Below, in pieces: positions 49,392 to 58,472 of a DNA stretch of 64,000 nucleotides. The DNA is from an uncultured Bacteroidales bacterium (GTDB taxonomy: Bacteria; Bacteroidota; Bacteroidia; Bacteroidales; FEN-979). The notes below the pieces were generated by a model. The model did not search any database, had not been told where the DNA came from, and saw only the letters and a list, made by a program, of their open reading frames with translations. The stretch is taken from positions 78,972-142,971 of the forward strand of contig CAJBYO010000029.1 of assembly GCA_903959905.1 (NCBI GenBank), in the 5' to 3' direction. Position numbers and translations under genes: made by a program. Every line of letters starts with the position of its first letter. Position 1 is the first letter of the stretch.

Positions 49392-50003
49392 TTGTACGTT
49401 TGCACCATCAGAAAAGAACACTGCCTGGAACCTTCACCACAAATACAAAACCCCGTACGGATTGAGACACGGACTGATTTTGAGGTCGTCTTCAAGACCC
49501 ATTACAGCCCGTTGTGCTCCTATGCCAATGGTTTTCTGAAGGATGTTGATGCATCAGAGGAGGTGGTGCAGGAGGTGATGGTCAGGGTGTGGACAAACCG
49601 GGCGTCGCTGGCCATTGAATCATCCCTCAGGAGTTATCTTTTCAGGGCAGTGAGGAATGGGTGTATGAATGTGAAGAAGCACATGAAAGTCCGTGATGAG
49701 TATAAGGCATACATGGAACACGACAGCCTGGGAAACCACCATTCCCGCGAGGAGGAGATGATCATCTCTGAACTGGAGCAGAAAATAAGGGAAGCGATTG
49801 ACCATTTGCCTATGGAACGGCGCAAAGTGTTCATTCTGAGTCGTTATGAAGGGTTGACCTATGGCCAGATAGCAGAGAAACTGGATATTTCGGTAAAGAC
49901 CGTGGAGAACCAGATGGGCAAGGCGCTGAAAATGCTTCGCGAGGAGTTGCGGGATTATCTGCCCTGGATTGTTCTGTTCTTTGGGGAGATATTCAGGAAC
50001 TGA
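49392..50003 (+). CDS. ECF sigma-70 factor (Bacteroides expansion family); start uncertain
   Basis: SEEVVQEV..RVW, SYLFRAVRN and YGQIAEKLDISVKTVENQMGKALK motifs. Confidence 0.9.
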   Translation: MYVCTIRKEHCLEPSPQIQNPVRIETRTDFEVVFKTHYSPLCSYANGFLKDVDASEEVVQEVMVRVWTNRASLAIESSLRSYLFRAVRNGCMNVKKHMKVRDEYKAYMEHDSLGNHHSREEEMIISELEQKIREAIDHLPMERRKVFILSRYEGLTYGQIAEKLDISVKTVENQMGKALKMLREELRDYLPWIVLFFGEIFRN

Positions 50004-50092
50004 TCAAACAGGTTTAAAATTAGAAATTCAACCAATTGAGAAATTTAAACAGGCTCTGAATTTTTGATAATTTAAATAAATATTTTTTGACA

Positions 50093-50121
50093 ATAGGGGT
50101 ATCGATCCCCACAGTTGTCAT
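50093..50121 (+). promoter_or_regulatory. Putative ECF-sigma promoter, copy 1
   Basis: ATAGGGGTATC-N10-GTTGTCAT, with identical boxes and spacing at 53581-53609. Confidence 0.7.
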
Positions 50122-50135
50122 GACAGTAATGAAAT

Positions 50136-51158
50136 ATGAATAAAAACCGGCAGGATATCGACGAACTTTTACTGCTTCAGTATCTCCAGGGAAATTTGGA
50201 CAACGAACAAAGGTCCGAGGTTGAAGCGTGGCTGGAAGCAGACGGCGGGAACAGGAAGCACCTGGACTCGCTGGAGTCGCTGTGGCTTGAAACCGGGCGG
50301 ATTTCGCCGGCTCCGGTGGCTGTTGATGTGTCGGCTGCATGGGGCAGAATTTCAGAGAGGATTGCAAAGGAGGAGGGTCACACTGCCGGTAAACGGGTTC
50401 GCATGCCTTACTACCGGTTCCTTATGGGGGCCGCCGCCACGATTCTGGTACTGGCAGGCCTGTACGGCTTTTACAGACTGGTGATCAGCCCAGTAAAGCA
50501 GGTGCAAATGTTCAGCGGTGCCACGGTGAAACGCGATACGCTGCCGGATGGCTCGGAGGTTACCCTGAACAGTCATTCAACACTGGTATATTCCTCAAAC
50601 TATCAAAAGGGCAGGAGAGATGTAAAACTGACCGGGGAGGCCTATTTTGAAGTAACAAAGGATGCCGCCCACCCGTTTGTGGTTGATGCCGGGCCAGCCA
50701 GTGTAAAGGTACTTGGCACTTCATTCAGGGTTAAAACTGATGGAGGCAAAGGGATTGAAGTGACCGTTGCTGAAGGACAAGTCATGCTGTTTACAGTTGA
50801 TAAAAATACCGGTGATACTGCATCTGTGAAACTGAATGCAGGGGAGGCCGGCTATTTGCGGCCCGGAAGCAATCAGCCCGTACTTGATTCAACAGCAGTG
50901 GCGGATGGCCTGTTTTGGGCGAACCATGCACTTGACTTCAGGAGTATGGCACTTTCAGAAGTATTCACAATACTTAAAAAACACTATCAGGTCAACATTA
51001 CTGTCAGCGATCCCGCGATGAATGGATGCAGGCTCACGGCATCGTTCCAGGATGAACCCGCCGACCGGATCCTCCAGGTGATTGCAGGATCGTTCGGCTG
51101 GGAACTGCAGGTAAGCGGAAATGAATTTCATTTAACCGGGCATGGTTGCAGCAACTAG
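50136..51158 (+). CDS. FecR-family anti-sigma factor
   Basis: LPDGSEVTLN, L.GEAYFEV..D..HPF.V, VLGTSF and V.EG.V motifs. Confidence 0.93.
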   Translation: MNKNRQDIDELLLLQYLQGNLDNEQRSEVEAWLEADGGNRKHLDSLESLWLETGRISPAPVAVDVSAAWGRISERIAKEEGHTAGKRVRMPYYRFLMGAAATILVLAGLYGFYRLVISPVKQVQMFSGATVKRDTLPDGSEVTLNSHSTLVYSSNYQKGRRDVKLTGEAYFEVTKDAAHPFVVDAGPASVKVLGTSFRVKTDGGKGIEVTVAEGQVMLFTVDKNTGDTASVKLNAGEAGYLRPGSNQPVLDSTAVADGLFWANHALDFRSMALSEVFTILKKHYQVNITVSDPAMNGCRLTASFQDEPADRILQVIAGSFGWELQVSGNEFHLTGHGCSN

Positions 51159-52983
51159 GATTCTCAGGCATTTTTTCCTGCTGGCAGCCCTCATGCTTCC
51201 GGTCACTCATGCACTGTCACAGTCAAAATTCCTGGCCAGGAAAATTTCCCTTGATATCCCTTCATGCAGCCTCGAAGTGGCGCTTATTGAGATCGGGAAA
51301 GCGGCCAATTTCCGTTTTTCCTATGATGCCGGGATCTTACCGGGAAAGAGGCTTGTTCGGGTAAACGCCAGGAACATACCTGTTAACACCTTGCTCAGGG
51401 ATGTGCTGGGTAAGGATGTCGCTCCGAAAGAAATAGGTAACCATGTGATCCTTGTCAGGAACAATGCAGATACACGGGAGAAACAAGCCTTCCGGGAAAT
51501 TGTTGTCGCAGGATACATCCTTTCTTCCATCGATCGCAAACCCATTGTCAGCGCCACCGTCTATGAAATTGAGCAGAAAAAATCGGCAGTGACCAACGGA
51601 AAAGGGTATTATAAACTTGTCATCCCTTCCGGCAGGAAGGTAAGGGGCCTGGCCTTTTGCAAATCGGGGTATGCCGATACTGTAATTTTCATCAGGCAGT
51701 CTGCAGAGCAAAGGGTAGATGTGATCCTCAAGCCAGATCGCGACAGCCTCTCCAGGTTGAGCGCATTGCCGGGGGCGGTCGTTGCCAACCGCACCGACAG
51801 CATGAAGCTGGTAAACTGGCTTGTACCCGTTGAAGCGATGGTCAATTCTCAGAATCTTGAAGTTCGCACCGCAAGAACGTTCCAGGCATCTGTCATTCCT
51901 TACATTGGCACAAACTGGAAAGTTACCGGATCCATCACCAACAGGTTCTCCCTGAATCTCTTTGCCGGCTACACAGGCGGATTACAAGGTGTTGAAATTG
52001 GCGGTTTGCTGAATATCACCCGGAACACCATCAGCGGGTTGCAGATAGGTGGCCTTGGAAATATCATCGGGGGAAACGGGAAGGGCTGGCAGATCGGCGG
52101 ACTATTCAACTTTGACATGGGAAAATTTGCCGGGGTGCAGGCCGGCGGGCTGTTCAACTACAACCCCGATACCATCACGGGAGTTCAGCTGGGCGGGTTG
52201 ACCAACATCGTTACCGGTAAAGTGAGCGGGGTTCAGCTGGCTGGACTCACGAACATCGTTACCCACGACTGTGATGCCGTGCAGATCAGCGGCCTGTTTA
52301 ACCTGACCTTGAAGGATGTCAGGAAGGCTCAGGTATGCGGGCTTGTGAATTATGGGAACAATGTGGACGGGGTGCAGATTGCCGGGTTATTGAATATCGC
52401 CCGCAGGCATAGCAGCGGCCTGCAGCTGGCCGGGTTTGTGAATTATGCCACCATCCTTCACGGGTTGCAACTTGGGGTTGTCAATGTATCAAACACAGTA
52501 GAACGTGGCGTACCGATCGGACTGTTCAGTTATGTACAACATGGATATCACCTTTTTGAGGTGTCGGGGAATGAGATTTTCTACGGAAACCTGGCGTTTA
52601 AATCGGGAACGAGGACATTTTACAATTTCATACAGTCGGGGATAGGCAGCGACTACAAACTGCACGGATCCTATGGAATCGGGACGATCTTTACCCTGAC
52701 AAAAAAGCTGTCACTGAGCATTGACCTTTCAGCAGGGTTTGTATATCATCCGGTTGATACGGTGTATCATGGTTTGCTGTTAAAATGCGCCCCGGCGCTG
52801 GAGTACAGGTTTGCGAAGCATTTCGCGCTGTTTGCGGGACCGGCGTATAACTTTTTTCTCTTCTCGAAGGGGGCGGCGAGTGCAACGGAGCGGGGGCTTT
52901 CGTCGTATGATTTTTATTTTGAATCCACGCAGAATGCGTCGATGCAGATGTGGTTGGGGGGAGTGGCGGGGGTGAGGTTTTAA
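51142..52983 (+). CDS. STN + CarboxypepD_reg + Gly-rich (G.Q.GGL.N) repeat outer-membrane protein
   Basis: N-terminal STN-like domain (FRFSYD), carboxypeptidase-regulatory-like domain, about 12 15-aa repeats, C-terminal GVRF. Confidence 0.8.
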   Translation: MVAATRILRHFFLLAALMLPVTHALSQSKFLARKISLDIPSCSLEVALIEIGKAANFRFSYDAGILPGKRLVRVNARNIPVNTLLRDVLGKDVAPKEIGNHVILVRNNADTREKQAFREIVVAGYILSSIDRKPIVSATVYEIEQKKSAVTNGKGYYKLVIPSGRKVRGLAFCKSGYADTVIFIRQSAEQRVDVILKPDRDSLSRLSALPGAVVANRTDSMKLVNWLVPVEAMVNSQNLEVRTARTFQASVIPYIGTNWKVTGSITNRFSLNLFAGYTGGLQGVEIGGLLNITRNTISGLQIGGLGNIIGGNGKGWQIGGLFNFDMGKFAGVQAGGLFNYNPDTITGVQLGGLTNIVTGKVSGVQLAGLTNIVTHDCDAVQISGLFNLTLKDVRKAQVCGLVNYGNNVDGVQIAGLLNIARRHSSGLQLAGFVNYATILHGLQLGVVNVSNTVERGVPIGLFSYVQHGYHLFEVSGNEIFYGNLAFKSGTRTFYNFIQSGIGSDYKLHGSYGIGTIFTLTKKLSLSIDLSAGFVYHPVDTVYHGLLLKCAPALEYRFAKHFALFAGPAYNFFLFSKGAASATERGLSSYDFYFESTQNASMQMWLGGVAGVRF

Positions 52984-53012
52984 GTGTATCTCACGCAGAT
53001 GGCGCAGGAAAT

Positions 53013-53511
53013 TTCTCGCAGATTTTCGCGGATTACAGCGCAGATTTGGGCAGATTATAAATGATTATAGTTTGTTGGCGATGCGTTTGATGGCTGTTTG
53101 GTCTAACGACAGTGAGTTAAAATTGATCAGTAGGCCTAGCTTTTTGTCAAGAAGCTTCAGATAGGTGAGCAGTTGCTTGTGATGGATGTCCAACAGTGAC
53201 TCAACTGATTTAACTTCTACAATTACAAGGTCATTGACCAAAATATCAAGACGAAAGCCGAAATCAAACACGATATTCTCGTATTTCATAGGAATACCCA
53301 CCTGATTGCGTATCTGTAATCCTGAACTCACAAGTTCATACGACAAAGCGGCCTCATAAACCGATTCAAGCAACCCCGGCCCCAGGGCAGTGTGCACTTT
53401 AAAAGCACATCCCCTAATCACATAAGAAATATCATTCTCTCTCATAATCTACTTTTTATCATTTTTTAATCTGCCCCAATCTGCGCTTTAATCCGCGCAA
53501 ATCTGCGAGAA
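53013..53511. mobile_element. Filled family A element: 45-bp inverted arms enclosing the GxxExxY gene
   Basis: Arms 53013-53057 and 53467-53511 are 42/45 identical as inverted repeats; empty copies at 54832-54970 and 58325-58465. Confidence 0.7.
53065..53445 (-). CDS. GxxExxY protein (PD-(D/E)XK nuclease-like)
   Basis: LGPGLLESVY, RLDILV..LVIVEVKS, H.KQLLTYLK and GLLINF motifs. Confidence 0.93.
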   Translation of the reverse strand: MRENDISYVIRGCAFKVHTALGPGLLESVYEAALSYELVSSGLQIRNQVGIPMKYENIVFDFGFRLDILVNDLVIVEVKSVESLLDIHHKQLLTYLKLLDKKLGLLINFNSLSLDQTAIKRIANKL

Positions 53512-53580
53512 CATTTATACGCTTAATCACCTTTCCCCCCAAAAGGTAATACCCCCAACCAAAAATATTTTTCCCACCCG

Positions 53581-53609
53581 ATAGGGGTATCCCACCAAAT
53601 GGTTGTCAT
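53581..53609 (+). promoter_or_regulatory. Putative ECF-sigma promoter, copy 2
   Basis: ATAGGGGTATC-N10-GTTGTCAT, 25 nt upstream of ATG 53634. Confidence 0.7.
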
Positions 53610-53633
53610 CAGATAAACCAAACACAAGAAATA

Positions 53634-54815
53634 ATGAAACAGAAGTTCAAAATGATCATCATGCTTGCCTGGCTCTCAGCGATTGTATTGCCGGGAATGA
53701 CCCATGCCCAGGATTCAACGGAAATGAAAACCCGGACATTTCAGCTGGGGTTTGTTACCCCGGTCAGCTCCAACGGACTGAATTCATGGAATGTCGTAAA
53801 TAAATTCTCCATCAGCATGCTGGCCGGCTATTCGGGAGGTGTTGACGGGGTTGAATTCTCAGGACTCGGCAGCGTGTTAAATGGCAGCATGAACGGGGCC
53901 CAGTTTGCCGGACTCGGGAATGTCGTCTTCAGTGATGCCAAGGGCGTGCAGTTTGCAGGGCTCATGAATGTTGTGAAGGGGAATGTCACTGCCGCACAGT
54001 TTGCCGGATTGACCAATGTGAACACAGGCCGGGTAATCGGCTGTGAAATTTCCGGGTTGGCCAATGTCAACACCGATACCATGAGAGGGGCGCAACTTGC
54101 AGGAATGGTAAATTTCACCCGCGGGATGAAGGTCACCCAGGTGAGCGGGTTCGCGAATATTGTCACCGGAAACAACAAGGGTTTTCAGCTCGCCGGTTTT
54201 GTAAATGTATCAACCGGTCGGCAGGATGGATGCCAGGTGGCAGGTTTTGTCAATTATGCCGGAAAACTAAATGGCTTGCAGCTCGGGGTTTTCAACGTGA
54301 CCGACTCCCTGGAAAAAGGCATCCCGATCGGGTTTCTGAGCTTTGTGAAAAACGGTTATACCGCTTTTGAAGTGGGGGCTACGGAAACCCTGTATGGTGT
54401 AATGAGCTTTAAAACAGGGACAAAGCAGTTTTATAATATTCTCTCAGTGGGAGGGGGTTCCCGAAATGGGTATTCGCTCTTTGCCTGGGGATACGGGCTT
54501 GGTGCGTTTGTCCCGATCGGCAGCAAGGCAGGAATTTCCATCGACGGCATTTGTTACCAGGTAAATGAAGGGGAATGGTTCACCGACCGGATGAACCTGC
54601 TGAACAAACTCAATTTTACCGGTTCCTGGAAACTGGCGAACCACCTGGCTGTATTCGCAGGACTGTCGTGGAATGTAACCGTATCTGATATCACCGATGT
54701 ATATGGCGATAAGGTTGTGCCGAACATCGCACCCTGGTCGGTATTTGATGAAACCTATGACGGACATTTGAATGTGAAGATGTACCCGGGGTTTTCGGCG
54801 GGGATCAGGTTATAA
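53634..54815 (+). CDS. Gly-rich repeat surface protein, paralog of the C-terminal part of 51142-52983
   Basis: Shared RTFQ..NKFS..AGY.GG..GVE, G.Q.AG..N repeats, GIPIG..S and FK.GT..FYN motifs. Confidence 0.8.
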   Translation: MKQKFKMIIMLAWLSAIVLPGMTHAQDSTEMKTRTFQLGFVTPVSSNGLNSWNVVNKFSISMLAGYSGGVDGVEFSGLGSVLNGSMNGAQFAGLGNVVFSDAKGVQFAGLMNVVKGNVTAAQFAGLTNVNTGRVIGCEISGLANVNTDTMRGAQLAGMVNFTRGMKVTQVSGFANIVTGNNKGFQLAGFVNVSTGRQDGCQVAGFVNYAGKLNGLQLGVFNVTDSLEKGIPIGFLSFVKNGYTAFEVGATETLYGVMSFKTGTKQFYNILSVGGGSRNGYSLFAWGYGLGAFVPIGSKAGISIDGICYQVNEGEWFTDRMNLLNKLNFTGSWKLANHLAVFAGLSWNVTVSDITDVYGDKVVPNIAPWSVFDETYDGHLNVKMYPGFSAGIRL

Positions 54816-54831
54816 ATTCCCATCGGGTTGT

Positions 54832-54970
54832 TTCTCGCAGATTTTCGCGGATTACTGCGCAGATTTTAGCAGAAAAATGTTGTTCACTGCCGATGTTACA
54901 ACCTGGCAAATAATTATAAAAAAAATAATCTGCTTTAATCTGCGTCTTAATCTGCGAAAATCTGCGAGAA
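54832..54970. mobile_element. Empty (MITE-like) family A element
   Basis: TTCTCGCAGATTTTCGCGGATTACTGCGCAGATTTTAGCAGA..~50 nt..TAATCTGCTTTAATCTGCGTCTTAATCTGCGAAAATCTGCGAGAA. Confidence 0.75.
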
Positions 54971-55018
54971 AAAATAACCCTAACTATTCAACCCAAACCT
55001 AATCTTAAATCATCAACC

Positions 55019-55738
55019 ATGAAATCAAAAATTGTTATTATTATCCTGGTGGTCATTTCTGCCATCACAATATTCACTTCCTGCGAAAAAATAAAAGGCA
55101 AAGGAGAAGTTGTCACGGTGACCCGCACAACCGCGAATTATAATTCCATTGACCTTGCTATGTCGGCAACGGTTTATTTCACCCAGGGAACTGACTACAC
55201 ACTACAGCTCAGCGGCCAGGAGAATGTGCTGACCCAGGTTGTCACCGAAGTTGATGGCAATCAGCTGGTCATCCGGGTAAAGGGCGGCGTGATCCTTGGG
55301 AGTCATGAGCCCATAAAGGTCTATGTTTCTGCACCCTCCGTTTCAAAGCTTGCCGTGAGTGGGTCGGGCGACATTTTTATTGACAATGTGCTCACTGCGG
55401 AAAAACTTTCTCTCGACGTCAGCGGGAGCGGAAGCATCAACCTGGGCACTGTTGACCTCGGGCACCTTGTTTCGCACATCAGCGGATCGGGATCCATCCG
55501 GGCTGTTTCCGGCACAGCAACACGGGAAGACCTTAACATCAGCGGCAGCGGAACCGTTGACATTCGCAATGTCGAAGCAGCGACTGTTTATTCAACTACC
55601 AGCGGGTCGGGAGAGACTTATATCCATGCCACCACGCTGCTGGATGTGACCATTTCGGGGAGCGGGAATGTATGGTATTATGGAACGCCGGGGATTAATA
55701 CGCATATATCGGGGTCGGGGAACGTGAAGAGAATGTAA
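55019..55738 (+). CDS. Head GIN-domain (DUF2807) lipoprotein
   Basis: FTSC lipobox, IKGKG, repeated SGSG, Y.GTP. Confidence 0.88.
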   Translation: MKSKIVIIILVVISAITIFTSCEKIKGKGEVVTVTRTTANYNSIDLAMSATVYFTQGTDYTLQLSGQENVLTQVVTEVDGNQLVIRVKGGVILGSHEPIKVYVSAPSVSKLAVSGSGDIFIDNVLTAEKLSLDVSGSGSINLGTVDLGHLVSHISGSGSIRAVSGTATREDLNISGSGTVDIRNVEAATVYSTTSGSGETYIHATTLLDVTISGSGNVWYYGTPGINTHISGSGNVKRM

Positions 55739-55739
55739 A

Positions 55740-55823
55740 GTGACGGGTGACGGGTGACGGGTGACGCGTGACAGGTGACAGGTGACAGGTGACAGGTGAC
55801 AAGTGTCAAGTACCAGATGACGG
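55740..55823 (+). repeat. (GTGACRS) heptamer array, 9 units plus 3 degenerate
   Basis: Begins just after the TAA stop. Confidence 0.95.
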
Positions 55824-55832
55824 AAACCGATT

Positions 55833-55936
55833 CTGTCCGCCAGTCCGCCAGTCCGCCAGTCCGCTTGTCCGCTTGTCCGCTTGTCCGCCTGTTCACCTGC
55901 TCACCTGCTCACCCGCTCACCTGTTCACCCGCTCAC
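55833..55936 (-). repeat. 8-nt array (NNGTCCGC / CNGYTCAC) x13
   Basis: Reverse complement of the family at 4447-4534. Confidence 0.92.
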
Positions 55937-55964
55937 CAAGTTCTAACCCAAACAAACAAAATTC

Positions 55965-58307
55965 ATGCAAAAACTCAAATTGATCATACCACTTATCATT
56001 GTTTCAATATCAATCCAGGCACAAACACCGCTGCAGACAATTCGCGGAAGGGTGATTGATGCCGATTCAAAAACCGGGCTCCCCGGTGCGAATGTGGTTC
56101 TGCTTGATGTTGAGCCGATGACCGGCGCAAACACGGATGCAGATGGAAATTTTGTTTTAGCGAAAGTGCCGGTCGGGCGCCGGAGCCTGCACATCAGTTA
56201 TATGGGATACAAAACGGTGATCCGGCCGGAGATCATGGTAAGTTCGGGCAAGGAGGCATTTATCAACGTTGAACTTTCGGAAGATGCGGTTGCAGCAAAG
56301 GAGGTGGAGATCAAGGCAACTGTTGATAAAGACAAGCCTATTAATTCGATGGCCATGATCAGCGCGAGGTCATTCTCGGTGGAGGAGAGCAGGCGGTATG
56401 CAGGTTCTGCGGATGATCCCATGCGGGCAGTGTCAAACTTCGCAGGAGTGGCAGCGAGTCCCGACGTAAACTCCAATGAGATCGTGATCAGGGGCAATTC
56501 TCCCAAGGGATTGCTCTGGCGCGTTGACGGGGTTGACATTCCGAATCCCAACCATTACGCCTATGTTGGCACTTCAGGCGGGGGACTTACCATGTTCAGC
56601 AGCCAGGTGCTTGGCAACTCCGATTTCTATACTTCGGCATTTCCCGCTGAATACGGCAATGCGCTGTCGGGAGTTTTTGACATGCGTTTCCGGAACGGGA
56701 ACAATGCAAAGCATGAATTCGCGCTTCAGGTTGGCATACAGGGACTGGATCTTTCGGCGGAGGGGCCTCTTTCGTCAAAGAAACAGGGGTCCTACCTTTT
56801 CAACTACCGCTATTCCATCCTGGCCTTCCTGCAATATATTGATCCGGGGATGAAAAACAAGGTGCCATCTTACCAGGACCTCTCATTTAAAATAAACCTG
56901 CCCGCAGGGAAGGCCGGAACCTTTGCCCTGATCGGCATCGGCGGGATCTCCAGGTCGAAGTTTCAGCCCGAACTTGATTCATCGGCATGGAAAACCCTTG
57001 AAGACCGAACGAAGTCGCTGCTTAACAACAACATGGGAGCCCTGGCCATCACACACCAGGTGGCACTTTCACGTAAGAGTTACCTGCGCTCCTATGTTTC
57101 AGGCACCTATAACTCGATCGCATTTGAAAGCAGTTACGTGTTGCCTTCCTATACCCTTCAGCCGCAGCAAAACGTGCAGCAGGACAACTACCGTTTCTCG
57201 GCGAGTACAATGCTCAATACCCGGACGGGGCAACGACATACCAACCGGACGGGGTTAACCTATACGCGGCTTTTTTATAACAGCAACCTGCAGGCGCTGA
57301 ATCCGTTTACCGGGGTGTACGGACCGATTTACAAGGGGAAAGGCAATACGGACCTCATCCAGGCATTCAGTGAGTCAAAAGTTGAATTATCGCGGAAGGT
57401 GACGCTGAATGCCGGGCTGCATTTTCAGTATTTTATGCTGAACCGCCATTACGCAGCAGAACCACGTATCGGAATGCGCTGGCAGGTGTCGGCAAAACAT
57501 GCGCTGAGCCTGGGATACGGCAAACATTCACAGGTTGAGGATGTGGGATTGTATCTCACGGATGTAGTGGTCACGCCAGAGATGAATGTGCAGCCAAACC
57601 GGAAACTTGATTTCAGCCGTTCACATCACCTGGTATTGGGCTATGACTGGCTGATCAAAAGCGACCTGCGCTTCAGGGCAGAAGCCTATTACCAGTACTT
57701 GTATGATATCCCTGTGATGCCGGAAAACTACTATTCACTCATCAACAGCAGCGGCGGGTTTTACAATGATACCCTCGTAAACGGTGGCACCGGGCACAAT
57801 GCCGGCATTGACCTGACCTTTGAGAAATTTCTTTCTCACCAGTATTATTTCCTGGTTACTGTATCATTGTTTGATTCACGGTACACGGGAGGCGACGGGA
57901 TTGAACGCAACACGCGCTTCAACACCAATTATGTGGCAAATGTTCTTGCCGGGAAGGAGTGGACCATCCGGAAGAAGAACATCCTCGGCGTAAATTTCAA
58001 AGGTTCAGTTACCGGGGGTGAATGGTATGTGCCTGTTGACCTCGCAAGTTCCATTCAGCAGCACAGGGAAGTGCTGGATGACAAACAGGCCTACAGGCAG
58101 CAGCTGCCTTCCTTCTTTTACCTTGACCTGACACTGACATACCGTACAAACCACAGAAAATTCTCGGGTGTCTGGGCTATCCAGGTGAAGAACCTGCTTA
58201 ACCAGAAGCCTGTGAACGGTTATGTGTACAATGATTTTAACCAGTCGGTGGAGGAGGTGAAGTCGATGGGGATACTGCCGTTTATCAGTTACAAGATTGA
58301 ATTCTAA
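55965..58307 (+). CDS. TonB-dependent receptor with N-terminal CarboxypepD_reg domain
   Basis: RYAGS.DDP.R, NEIVIRGNSP, NPNH and FPAEYGNALSGVFD plug motifs; C-terminal YKIEF. Confidence 0.92.
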   Translation: MQKLKLIIPLIIVSISIQAQTPLQTIRGRVIDADSKTGLPGANVVLLDVEPMTGANTDADGNFVLAKVPVGRRSLHISYMGYKTVIRPEIMVSSGKEAFINVELSEDAVAAKEVEIKATVDKDKPINSMAMISARSFSVEESRRYAGSADDPMRAVSNFAGVAASPDVNSNEIVIRGNSPKGLLWRVDGVDIPNPNHYAYVGTSGGGLTMFSSQVLGNSDFYTSAFPAEYGNALSGVFDMRFRNGNNAKHEFALQVGIQGLDLSAEGPLSSKKQGSYLFNYRYSILAFLQYIDPGMKNKVPSYQDLSFKINLPAGKAGTFALIGIGGISRSKFQPELDSSAWKTLEDRTKSLLNNNMGALAITHQVALSRKSYLRSYVSGTYNSIAFESSYVLPSYTLQPQQNVQQDNYRFSASTMLNTRTGQRHTNRTGLTYTRLFYNSNLQALNPFTGVYGPIYKGKGNTDLIQAFSESKVELSRKVTLNAGLHFQYFMLNRHYAAEPRIGMRWQVSAKHALSLGYGKHSQVEDVGLYLTDVVVTPEMNVQPNRKLDFSRSHHLVLGYDWLIKSDLRFRAEAYYQYLYDIPVMPENYYSLINSSGGFYNDTLVNGGTGHNAGIDLTFEKFLSHQYYFLVTVSLFDSRYTGGDGIERNTRFNTNYVANVLAGKEWTIRKKNILGVNFKGSVTGGEWYVPVDLASSIQQHREVLDDKQAYRQQLPSFFYLDLTLTYRTNHRKFSGVWAIQVKNLLNQKPVNGYVYNDFNQSVEEVKSMGILPFISYKIEF

Positions 58308-58324
58308 TATTTCACGCAGAGTAT

Positions 58325-58465
58325 TTCTCGCAGATTTTCGCAGATTACAGCGCAGATTTTAGCAGATTATTTTTTGAATTTATTAACGCTGGGCAAACAG
58401 TTTGGAACTTCAAATAAATTTAATCTGCCTTAATCTGCGCTGTAATCTGCGAAAATCTGCGAGAA
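58325..58465. mobile_element. Empty (MITE-like) family A element
   Basis: Arms 58325-58369 and 58421-58465 are 42/45 identical as inverted repeats, with a 51-nt spacer. Confidence 0.78.
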
Positions 58466-58472
58466 CTTTTTT

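Noticed and set aside
50004-50080. AT-rich imperfect inverted repeat between the sigma gene and fecR
   Set aside because: Low-complexity pairing with no second copy recognised
54874-58420. Spacers of the empty family A elements acting as guide sequences
   Set aside because: The two ~50-nt spacers differ, but I found no match within the window and no supporting motif; a genome or phage search is needed
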